DNA of 64,000 nucleotides from Camelus dromedarius (taxonomy: Eukaryota), in NCBI RefSeq assembly GCF_036321535.1, contig NC_087447.1, positions 33,916,001 to 33,980,000 on the forward strand, given 5' to 3'. The notes under the pieces were generated by a model that saw nothing but the letters and a program-made list of their open reading frames with translations, was not told where the DNA came from and searched no databases. The position numbers and the translations under genes were made by a program. This document shows positions 39,200 through 49,235 of the stretch, piece after piece. The first letter of the stretch is position 1. Each line of letters begins with the position of its first letter.

Positions 39200-39580
39200 G
39201 GTACATTAGTTAAGACAGGATAACTCCTCTGATAACCCCAACATCTTATGATAAAAGCTTATTTCTTTCTTATGTCACAGTCCAACACAAGGTGGATGGC
39301 TCTCCTCCAAGCCATGACTCAGGGGTCCAGGCTCATTACATGTTGTATCTCTGCCACACAAATACATTGCCTTCATGTCCCCATGGAAGGAAAAATGAAA
39401 AGGATTGTGCAAGAGAGATTTTATATGCCAAGCCTAGAAGTGATGTACATCACCTCTGCCCACATTCCACTGCCCAGAACGGAGACTATGTCTCCATCTG
39501 CTAGTGAGGAAAGCTAGGAAATGACTGTGGGCTCATAAAGAGAAGAATGGGTACTGTAAGCATTAGCAGTATCTGTGGTG
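39200..39580 (-). mobile_element. Old MLT1 LTR
   Basis: GACTCAGGGGTCCAGGCT...CATCACCTCTGCCCACATTCCACTG...GGAAAGCTAGGAAATG. Confidence 0.6.
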
Positions 39581-39689
39581 GTCAGTACCAATTCTTTAAA
39601 ACAGGGGTAAGACAGTGGTAAAGGGCAGCTACTAGAACTCATCCATGGGTCTAGCTTTGGGTAAGGCACACTTTATTTTTTAATACACT

Positions 39690-40760
39690 TTATTAACATG
39701 TAGTAACAGCCTCTGTTTGTTGCCTAGATAAAGCCAAGCCCCTTTTCCTTTGCTGATCAGTATCTTCTTTGTTCAGAAATCTAACGCTCATGTGTTTCCA
39801 GGAAGCTAGGTCCTTCCTCTTTCCTTGATTCATTTAATTTAAAAAAATGGTAATTCCAGTGGAGAGGGGAGGGATAAATTAGGAGCTTGGATTTGAGATA
39901 GTAACTACTATATATAAAACAGATAAACAACAAGATCCTACTGTTTAGCACAGGGAACTATATTCAGTATCTTGTAATAGCCTATAATGATAAAGAATAT
40001 GAAAAAGAATATATATAACATATAACTGAATCACTATGCTGTACACCAGAAACTAACACAACATTGTAAATCAACTATACTTCACTTTAAAAAAGTTAAA
40101 ATCAAATTTGTATATAAAAATCTTTAAAAACTGTCCTAAACAGAAAATCTTTTCTTGGTAACAGGTCTTGTTTAAAATATACTTTATAAGGAAGTAATAA
40201 TGATTGATACACAGAAAATAGGTTTAAATGAGAGTATGCCTCTAAAATCTTTGTTTCTAACAAAAATTGACACGTTCACAATAAACAATGTCATCAAGAA
40301 AATCACTACATAAAAAATAAGTTAAAAAATGGTGATTCCATTTTCTGTGCCAGTAACTAGTTTAGACATGAGCAACTGGCACTATTCTGGCCAACAAGAT
40401 AGGAGGAGACATTCTCCAAGTGGGCTTCTGGAAAAGACTTTTTTCCTGCTAATAAAAGGAGAGAGAGGACAATGAACTCTCCTTCTGCTGGGTGTTGTCA
40501 TCTACATGTGATGATGCCTGGAACTGGGACAGCCATGTGACACCATGAGGAAGCCAGCCAAAGAAGACAAGTCAGCACATTAAGGATGACAGAGCAGAGA
40601 GAAAGAACCTGGATGATATCAATGATATCAATGACACAGTGAGTTCACGGACTCTGGACCTGTTATACGTCTGGAATTCTTGTTTTATGAAATAATAACT
40701 TTTCTTTGTTGTTTACTCTATTTCAGATGAGTCTTTTTGCTGATGCAGCCAAAATCGGAG
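39690..40760 (+). mobile_element. MLT1J-like LTR split by an L1 insertion (39859-40323)
   Basis: TGGTAATTCCA...TGCCAGTAACTAGTTTAG...TTCTGGCCAACAAGAT...GATGCCTGGAACTG...GCAGCCAAAA. Confidence 0.7.
39859..40323 (+). mobile_element. 5'-truncated young L1 with ~225 bp of extra 3' sequence (probable 3' transduction)
   Basis: L1 3' UTR 39859-~40095, then non-L1 sequence with AATAAA 40280-40285 and a short A-rich tail; TSD AAAAAATGGT(A/G)ATTCCA at 39842-39858 and 40324-40340. Confidence 0.8.
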
Positions 40761-41123
40761 ACTTAAGTTTCTTCTTTAACTACCTCCCCTTGTCAGAGCA
40801 GGGAACTAAGAACTCCCCTAACTCTGGGTCCTTTGCCCTCACAAAGTTCACAGTTTTGAAATTTAATACCTATTTCTCTGAGTAAGTGTTGGGACTACTG
40901 CTTCTACTTCTTGAGATCAGAATAAAGATTCAATGAGTTGATACATAAGCACTTCGAGCAGTACCTGAAAGTTTGTAGATGCTAAATATGTGCTCACATC
41001 ATTATTATTACATTATATTATATTATTATATTAACTTTTAAAATTTTTATACAATTTTAAAGGTTCCCTTTCATTTATAGTTATTACAAAATTTTGGCTA
41101 CATTCCCCATATTGAGAACTTTT

Positions 41124-41265
41124 TATTTTTATTTTTAAAGTTTTTTTTTGGAGGGGGAGGTAATTAGGTTTACTTATTTATTTTTAGAGGAGGTGCTGGG
41201 GATTGAACCCAGGACCTCCTGCATGCCAAGCATGTACTCTACCACTTGAGCTATACCCTCCCCTC
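41124..41265 (-). mobile_element. Camelid tRNA-Ala-derived SINE (vic-1 type), long-tail form
   Basis: Same body as 30510-30635; TSD TGAGAACTTTT at 41113-41123 and 41266-41276. Confidence 0.88.
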
Positions 41266-41542
41266 TGAGAACTTTTGATTTTTATAAACCAAGGTAAACT
41301 TTATCCATTGCTATCTGCCCTCTGAGTGTCCATTTGGCCCATGAGTATAATGAAACCTCTTAATTACTGCAGTACATCAAAGCAGAAGAAGCCAGATCCA
41401 GACTTAGAATTTAAACCTCAGACTTGTCTCCTCAGCCTTCAAACTCCCAAGATTTTCTTCAGAGCCAGTACAGGATAGTGGTTATGAACACAGGCTCTAG
41501 GGTCAGAATGAGTTCCAAGCCTTGACACTGGTATTTATTAAC

Positions 41543-41940
41543 TGTGCATCAGGATTCAATCAGAGAAGCAGAACTAACAGGCAATATAGTGTGTATACCA
41601 TTGATGTCTCGGGAGCAGGCTGGAACCCACAAACACAAGCTGGAACCCCACAGGAACAGACTGAAATCCATGTCGGTCCCTGCTGCCTCTGACCTTGGTG
41701 TGGATGTCCTAAAAAAGCCTATGCTCTTCTCAGGAGGGTAAACATAGTGGTCAGAGAAGCTGGGGAAACTGATGGATTGGTGTCTCACACCAATGATGTG
41801 AGCCAGCTGATCAGCGGCAAAATGACCACTTTGCCTTCCACCCTCCAAACACCTCAAGACTGGTGGCCCACCATCACTGGAGTCACAATGAAAGGGGAAT
41901 TCTGGGAAACAGTTCCACCCAGCCATGCAAACCCAACGCA
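41543..41940 (-). mobile_element. ERVL-type solo LTR (LTR33/LTR41-like, subfamily uncertain) inserted in a MIR (~41470-42110)
   Basis: TG...CAGGATTCAATCAGAGAAGCAGAAC...AAGGGGAATTCTGGGAAA; MIR halves on both sides. Confidence 0.55.
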
Positions 41941-42513
41941 CTTACTCTGTTAAATTTCTCTGTTTCTGTGTCTTCTCCTGTTGGGTAAGTGGGGACAGTG
42001 ATAGTATCTACCTAATGAGGTTGTTTTGAGGATTATTCTAAATAATGCATGGAATATATTGAACACTGTACCAGGCATAAAGTAAGTTCTTGATAAAGCT
42101 AACTAGCATTATAATTATTGTTGTTGTTATTATTGGTTTAAATGTCCTTCACTGACATTTAAAAGGAAATCAGGTATGGGGTTAGGATATTTAGTTTCTT
42201 GAGAGGAAAGGGAACTACATTTCTTATGTGTCTAAATATAAGCCAGTCACTGTTCTAGGCAATAAACATTTTTCACAGTCTTTTAGGATACATTTTATTA
42301 TTACCATAGATGAGGTAATAATAAATGAGGCAGTTGAAAAAACTTTAGATGAGACAGTTGAAAAAACTAAAGAACAGAAAGATTAAGTAACTGGGCCCAA
42401 GGTCACACAGCTAGTGAGTAACAATGAATGCTCTCTCTCTATATATATATATGTATAGATATAGATGTAGATTTGATATATTGCCAAGAAGGAAAAAATA
42501 CGGAGTGCTGAGA

Positions 42514-43525
42514 CAGCTCAACATCAAAAAAAACACAAATAATCTAATCAAAAATGAACATAAGATCTAAATAGATATTTCTCCAAAGAAGACATACAGA
42601 TGGCCGATAGGCATGTGAAAAGATGTTCAGCATCACTAATTACTAGAAAAATGCAAATCAAAACTAAAAGAGGTATCACCTCACATCAGTCAAAATGTCC
42701 ATCATCAGAAAGTCTAGAAATAATAAATGCAGGAAAGGGTGTGGAGAAAAAGGAACCCTCCTACACTGTTGGTGAGAATGCAAATTGGTATAGCCACTAT
42801 GGAAAACAGTATGGAGGTTCCTTAGAAAACTAAAAATAGAGTTACTATATGATCCAGCAATCCCATTCCCAGGCATATATCCAGAGAAAACTCTAATTTG
42901 AAAAGATCCGTGCACCCCAATGTTTATAGTAGCACTTTTTACAAAGGCCAAGACATGGAAGCAACCTAAATGTCCATCAACAAATGAATGGGTAAAGAAA
43001 ATGTGGTGTATATATACAATGGAATACTACTCAGCCATAAAAAGGAATGAAATAATGTCATTGGCAGCAACATGGATGGACCTAGAGATTATCATACTAA
43101 GTAAAGTCAGTCAGTCAGAGAAAGACAAATAGCATATGATATCACTTATATGTGGAATCTTAAAAAAATGACAGAAATGAACTTATTTACAAGACAGAAA
43201 GAGACTCACAACCATAGAAGACAAATTTATGGTTACAGTGGGGAGGGAGGGATAAATTGGGAGTTTGGGACTGACAGATACAAGTCACTATGTACAGAAT
43301 AGATAAACAACAAGCTCCTACTGTATAGCACAGGGAACTATATTCAATGGTTTGTAGTAACCCATAATAAAAAAAAATGAAAAAGAATATGTATGTGTGT
43401 TTGTGTGTGTGTGTATACATATATATATCTATATATATAGATATATATATCTGAATCACTATGCTGTACACCAGAAACTAATACAATATTATGAATCAAC
43501 TATACTTCAATTTTTTTTTTAAATG
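42514..43525 (+). mobile_element. Cetartiodactyl-type L1 (ORF2 end + 3' UTR)
   Basis: TTCTCCAAAGAAGACATACAGATGG, GGTGTGGAGAAAAAGGAACCCTCCTACACTGTTGGTG; ORFs 42600-42833 and 42920-43132 are broken L1 ORF2. Confidence 0.9.
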
Positions 43526-44127
43526 GAAGAAAAAAACCCAAGTGATGAGAAAGTAGCATTTAAACTGCAATCTGAAGGATGAGCAAGAGTTAACCACACG
43601 AAGCAAGCGGAGAGAAAAGCACGTGCCAAAGTAAACTAGTAGGACAGAGCTGGGCATTTCAGAGGAAGGGGGAAGAGATGGGAGGCAGGACTTTGGGAGA
43701 GGAGGGGAGAGGGAGGGGCTGGCAGGAGCCTGTTCGTCCTGCATCCTAAATAGAAGGGAAGATCCAAGATGGCACAAGCTCTGTCTGTCTTGTTCACTCC
43801 AGGGTTCCCAGACCTGGAACAGTGCCTGCTGGTACATGGTAGTAACTCAATGAATATCTGTGGATTGAAAGGAGAGGATGGGGCAATAAGATTTGACTTA
43901 TGTTCTAAAATCCCTAGTTGCTGCAAAGTATGCATCCTGCCTCTCTTTGGTTCTTTCTAGTAACTTAGAAGCCATTACTAATTTTCTTCCTCTTGGCAGC
44001 CCTTTGAATACTTGAATGTGGCAGTTATATTCCTCTAGGTTTCCACTTCCCCAGGGCAACAGATTCAGCTCCATATTCAGGAACTCTAGTCAATGCTGTC
44101 AAAAAAAACCTCTGCAATGATATCCAG

Positions 44128-44228
44128 AATATCCAGTTAAATTTGAATTTCTGATTAACAATGAATAATTTTTTAGTGTAAGTATATCCCATGCAATATT
44201 TGGGACATACTTATACTAAAAATAATTT
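44128..44228. mobile_element. MER53 palindromic hAT MITE (right end truncated)
   Basis: CCAGTTAAATTTGAATTTCTGATTAACAATGAATAATTTTTTAGTGTAAGTATATCCCA...TGGGACATACTTATACTAAAAA. Confidence 0.8.
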
Positions 44229-44550
44229 TGGACCATAAGTGGCTATTTGGAAGCAGAGGGTATGGATGGATCTTGGATACATGGACTGGGTGTCCACACT
44301 CTTGGATGCATGGTCCTGCGTGGTGTAGGATACAGTCAGAGTGGGAAGTGAAGTAGGGTGGGCCACAGGCTTCCATCTATAGTTTTGTCTCAGGCCTCAC
44401 AAAAGTCAGGGGAAATCTGTAAGGAGATGTTGTTAGGAGTGGACTGAAGGCCAAGAGAGGGTCCTTTTGAACTGAGCACAATTTGAAAGAACCAGTGGCA
44501 AAGAGGATACTGAAGCTATAGACAGAGAGAATGATGAAAAACAAGGCCCC

Positions 44551-45020
44551 TGTATCAGTCAGAAGTTCAGCAGCAAACATTTCAAATGAAGAAACCACTT
44601 ACAGAAGTGCGGGCAGGGTTAAGGGAATAAGCAAGGGGTGTTAATGCACCCCGAGACTAGCAACAGCGGGAAGCTGTTATATCCGCTCTATCCCTAGGCC
44701 CCCAGAGGTCAGCAGGCTGGCAAGACAATGCTGCCTGGGCCCAGCGAGCTTGGGAGCCTCAGCTGCAGTTACTGAAATGCAAAAGCAAGAAGGGAGTGGA
44801 GGAGGAAATACCTGCAAGCTTTCTCTCTTCCCATCCTTCCCATCCTTGAGTTGGTGCCATTGCCTCCTACCCCCTGAAACCACCTGGAAGAAACCAGCCA
44901 GCGAAGTGTCCTGGGGTCGGTGCATTTCCCTAGATGCATTTAGCTAGTCTCCTGGGCAACAGCAGGGGGAGAAGGGGTAGGAGGTAGGTTTGGAGGGGCA
45001 AACAGAGATTAAAAACCAAT
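44551..45020 (-). mobile_element. LTR33-like ERVL LTR
   Basis: TGTATCAGTCAG...GGGCAGGGTTAAGGGAA...GACTAGCAACAGCGGGAAGCTGTTA. Confidence 0.65.
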
Positions 45021-47376
45021 ACCGTCCCCAAGGAGACTCAGGGGAGATGGAAGGAGAATGGAGAGTAAGCTGGTAGGAAGGAAAGTGAAGGCATTTCTGT
45101 CTGATGACCACCTTTTTCTCCTTGCAGTTGGAGGGGAAAGTTGATAGAGGATGAGGGTGAACAGGCTGGGGAATATTTTGATTTTCCTCCTGCAGCTGGC
45201 AGCTGGTGGTTAGTCTTAAAGTCTTTGTGTGATATGGGTATCACCTTGAAATAAGACTATTTTTCCCCATTCCTTCCCACATCCTCGTATGCCTCCCTCC
45301 CTCTTCCCTACACTCACTGAGCAGAACTGCAGAGCAGGTAAAAGTCTTTGGGGGTCTATTCCTTTTTTCTTTCCTGAAATAACCCCTAAGCCCACCTCAG
45401 CCTCGGGTGAACAAACCTCCAGCAACTTAGAGCCCCACACACTTCAGAATATTTTCCTCTCAAGTATTGACTTGTGGTTCCAAGCAGCCTCTCTCTCTGA
45501 CAGGTCCCTCCTCTGACCAAATCAAGACTCCCTCACATCTGGATCTATTTCACTTTACTGTGTGTCTTTGGGGAAACTCCCTACCTGTTAGACAAAAAAT
45601 AATTTTTTAACTAAATTTCACTGCATTATAAAGAACTAATAGTCTTATCTCTAATCCTCTATGGGCACTTGGATTAGAAAACACCTCTTTGTCCCCAAAC
45701 AGCAATTTCTAAATTTCAAAGATGAGTTGAAGAATTTGGAATATTTAGCCAAGGATGTCCCCCCCCCCCCCGTCCCAGATCCCACCTTCTCCAACCAACT
45801 GGCCTTAGATCTTCAAATGATTCCTCTTCCTTCTATGTTTGAAAACACAACATCTGGTTTTTTAATGTGAAATAAAAAGAAAGAAAAAGGAAAAGTGAAG
45901 CAAGATTCTGGTTTAGAAAAGAATCTCAGTCCATAGGAAAAAGTCTTTTTCCCTTGCAGGCTTTTAAATGTTGGGCAAGATTAAAGTTTAATATGAAGAC
46001 AATAGGCGACAGGAGACAGCTTGAAAGATTGGTACAAACCTGGTAGCACCAACTTCTTACACCCACTCTACATAAACAAGACCAGTCTTCTCAGAGTCCT
46101 CTGTTCTGGAAGTGTGTGTAGTGGTGGGAGGGGGCGGTGGGCACGTGTTCATTTCTCCAGAATCTACCACCCAACTCCCTAGACCACCAACTCCCCTGGG
46201 GGCCACCTTCACCTCAGCACAAAATCGACCTTATTAAGAGGCATCTGCTCTCCATACCAGAGTTCTGGAAGACCAGAAAAAAGTCAGAATGGCTTTCATA
46301 TTTTCTCTCGTATTTCTCCTGTCCACCCTCAAAAGTGGCCCTTTCAGGACCAGAGAAAGATTCCATATGGTTTCCTACCCAGCGCCCATCAGCCAACTTT
46401 ACCTTCCTTTCAGTCTCTTTATCTGGAAAGACTCTGGGACAGGAAATCAATAGTTCCAATTTGAGGTGAAGGGAAGTGGAGGGAAAAAACCTGGGGCCTG
46501 GGCAAGTGAGGAAGGAGTTCATTGTGGGGCTTCATGAAGTAATTAAAAAGGCTCAAAGGTGATGCCCAGGACCAGGGGAGCAAGCCAGGGACGGTCACCT
46601 CCTGTTTTACACCTGTTGTTGGGCCACATCTCTTTGAGGGACCAGGATGGAAGAGAAGTCTCGCACAGGGAGGGATGTGGAACCGAATGTGAGGGCCAAA
46701 GGGCTCCTAGTGGATCTAAGACCTGAGATGCAGAAGCCAAGTCTATCTGGCCTGAAGCCTCCAGCTCACCCGACGCTTCTTCCCTCCACTCAGGGCTTGT
46801 TCCTCATACCTGGAGAAGCTGTCTTTTGGGTCTGCAGCAGGGGCCAGAAGCTGGGAGCTGGTGGGTTGGGGCCCTGCAGTGGGGTGAAAAAGAACTGAGA
46901 CTTTTTAAACCTTAGAAGGTCAGACCTAAAAGAGCCCTTAGAGAGCTCTTTTGGGCAATCCCTTGTTCCCCACACAGGGACACTGAATTTCCCCAGGGAC
47001 ACACAGTAAATGAAATGGATCCAAATATGAGCTAAAAGACTATTTAACCCCGCAGTCTGCGGAGGGCCGGTTAATCAAGGAAAAGCAAAGGTAATTCCCT
47101 TGTAAGGAGAGAGACAAGGGGGAAACATCAGCTTTGAAAGGAAGCATTATAAAACTGATTTCCCAGACAAAGGAGGTGGGAGTGATGGAGAGAAAAAGCC
47201 CTTAAGGCTCGGCTCACCAAAATTTAATTTTGATTGTCTTGAATGGTCTCAGATTGCCTTTGCCAATGTCTCACAGAGCTAATGTCGCTGGGCCACAGGG
47301 TCCAAGCAGTGAGTTAAAGTTAACTCCCACCACACCGGGCCTGCACACATCGCTGCTCTACAGAGAACCTCTTTCT

Positions 47377-47415
<39 letters not shown>

Positions 47416-47959
47416 GAGGGGGAAAAAAGAAAACACAAAAAACCCACAAAAAAACACAACACACAGTTAACCACCTGTCAGGACTGAGGATACAATGAGG
47501 CTCTCTGAAAAAGAGCTTTTCATGCATGCGTAATATATTTGTTCAGCTATTCACTTAATGAAGCTGATAAATGTGGTGCAAGACAATAGTCAAGTTAATC
47601 TATTTAGTAAAATGTTTTTGAGACTTTCAGGCTATGTTAAGGAGGGGAGCGTTCAGCGACATTTTCATTTAAATGCGCTCATCTCCCCTCTTAGGCTGCA
47701 CAAGGGGGTTCAGGCAATCTATGTGAATATAATTTCTTATAAATGTGTCTTTAATGGGTTTAATTCACCCTTGCCAGCTGTTTTGGGGGCTATTTTGTAA
47801 GAGCAAAACAAACGTTTCAGGCTTGGAAAGCTAGTTAAAATTAGTTTCGGTCAGCGAGGCCAAGCTATATTTCCTGCAAACCATCTGCTTGATTGGCACA
47901 ATAGAAGGATTTTCAGGGAAAAAGGGGGAGAGTGAGTGTGAAAGGAATGAGGGGTGGGG

Positions 47960-49050
47960 GAGACGCTCGAAAGGGCTGGGGCGGCCGGTAGCTCCTTGTG
48001 GCCTATTCTGAAGGTGAACCCCTTAGAGGTGTCTTAATAGAGCGGCTTGCCGAAAGAGCTGGGGCGGTAGGAAAGCCCTTTCAGCCCGCTGAGCCTCACT
48101 GCCCTCCTCCTTTGCCTCGCCGAGCAGCTCCCTTTTTTTCGCCGGGACCGCAGAAGCCAGCCGGCGGGCGCTGTTTTCCCGACGCCGCCCGGCATCCTGC
48201 CAAGCTTGCAAAGCGCTCTCTATTGGCAGCTCCGGTCGGGAGCGCTGCGGCCCGGGGATTTGAACCCTTGCAGTGCGACCTTGGGAATCCCAACCTTCCT
48301 AACTTGAGCTCGTTAGCTTTTCGGAGGGCAGGGGAGCTCAAGACACGCTCTCCTTTGCAGGCCCTTCGCCTCCCCACGGGTGGCCTGCGCTTCCCCTGGG
48401 CAGGCGCTCGGGCTCGACCCACACGGGAGAGGGCACGCGATGAAGAGATCCCGGCGCTTGGAGCGGGGACCCGCCCGCTCTCTGCTGCCCCGGGGGAAAG
48501 AAAGCCCAGAACGCGTTCCAGAAGCCCTTCCTGCCGTCCCAGGGAGGCTCCGCAGCTATGGGCTCGAAGGCCCCGGGAGCCCTGGCCGCCCCTGCGGCGG
48601 CCTCCCCCAGCGAGCAGTCGCGCCCGCGGCACAGGCGAGGACCTTCACCCCAACCCGGGCCTCCGAGTCTCTCTTCTCCCCTCCCGTCTTCTTTTCCTTT
48701 GAAAAAGAAATAGGCAGAAAGCCTCGCTCTGGGAGAGAGGACGCGAGTGACTTCTCCGAAATAAACTTGAAGATAACGACATTACAATGAATGGCAGGAC
48801 GCACAAAACCCCATGGGCTCAGGTCAAACGGCATTAGTCACAGGTCTTAGCCGCAGCAGCCGGGCCGCGCAGCCCCTTAGGCTGTGGCGGGGTTTGAAAA
48901 GACGCGTTCAAGGAGATCACTTAAAGTAAGATCCTTTCGTTCGATTTCTTGCTTCCCTAGGATTTATTTTGCCTTTTCACGGGCGGCCCAGCCCTTGCCT
49001 CCGCCCTCACTTTTCCTCTTTGGTGCCTTAGGGAAGCTTTTGGAGGCTAT
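47960..49050. promoter_or_regulatory. CpG island ~3 kb upstream of DBX1
   Basis: Dense CpG, very GC-rich, no recognisable repeats. Confidence 0.8.
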
Positions 49051-49184
49051 GGAGACGGACTGCTGGAAGCCAAGTCCACGTGGATCGCAGCAAGGGGTTG
49101 ACCCACCTTCCAAAAAATGTCAGACCCCCTTTTTAAAAAAAGAAAAGTTAGCAGCAGTTAGTCTCTAGTGAGGCAGAATGGCCG

Positions 49185-49185
<1 letters not shown>

Positions 49186-49230
<45 letters not shown>
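49186..49230. repeat. (TG)22 microsatellite
   Basis: Direct reading. Confidence 0.95.

Positions 49231-49235
<5 letters not shown>

Noticed and set aside
42325..42368. Tandem 20-bp repeat ATGAG(G/A)CAGTTGAAAAAACT (similar small duplications at ~40614 and ~53546)
   Set aside because: Two-copy slippage duplications, mostly inside decayed repeats; no spacer structure, not CRISPR-like.
42600..43132. ORFs resembling a reverse-transcriptase protein C-terminus (also 9653-9973, 13190-13745, 62720-62986)
   Set aside because: Frameshifted fragments or antisense readings of 5'-truncated L1 copies; no intact ORF2.
47998..48790. Long overlapping ORFs (234 aa +, 178 aa -, 136 aa +) in the upstream CpG island
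   Set aside because: Non-ATG starts, Arg/Pro/Ala/Gly-rich composition, open on both strands: the expected stop-codon depletion of GC-rich DNA; no recognisable domain.
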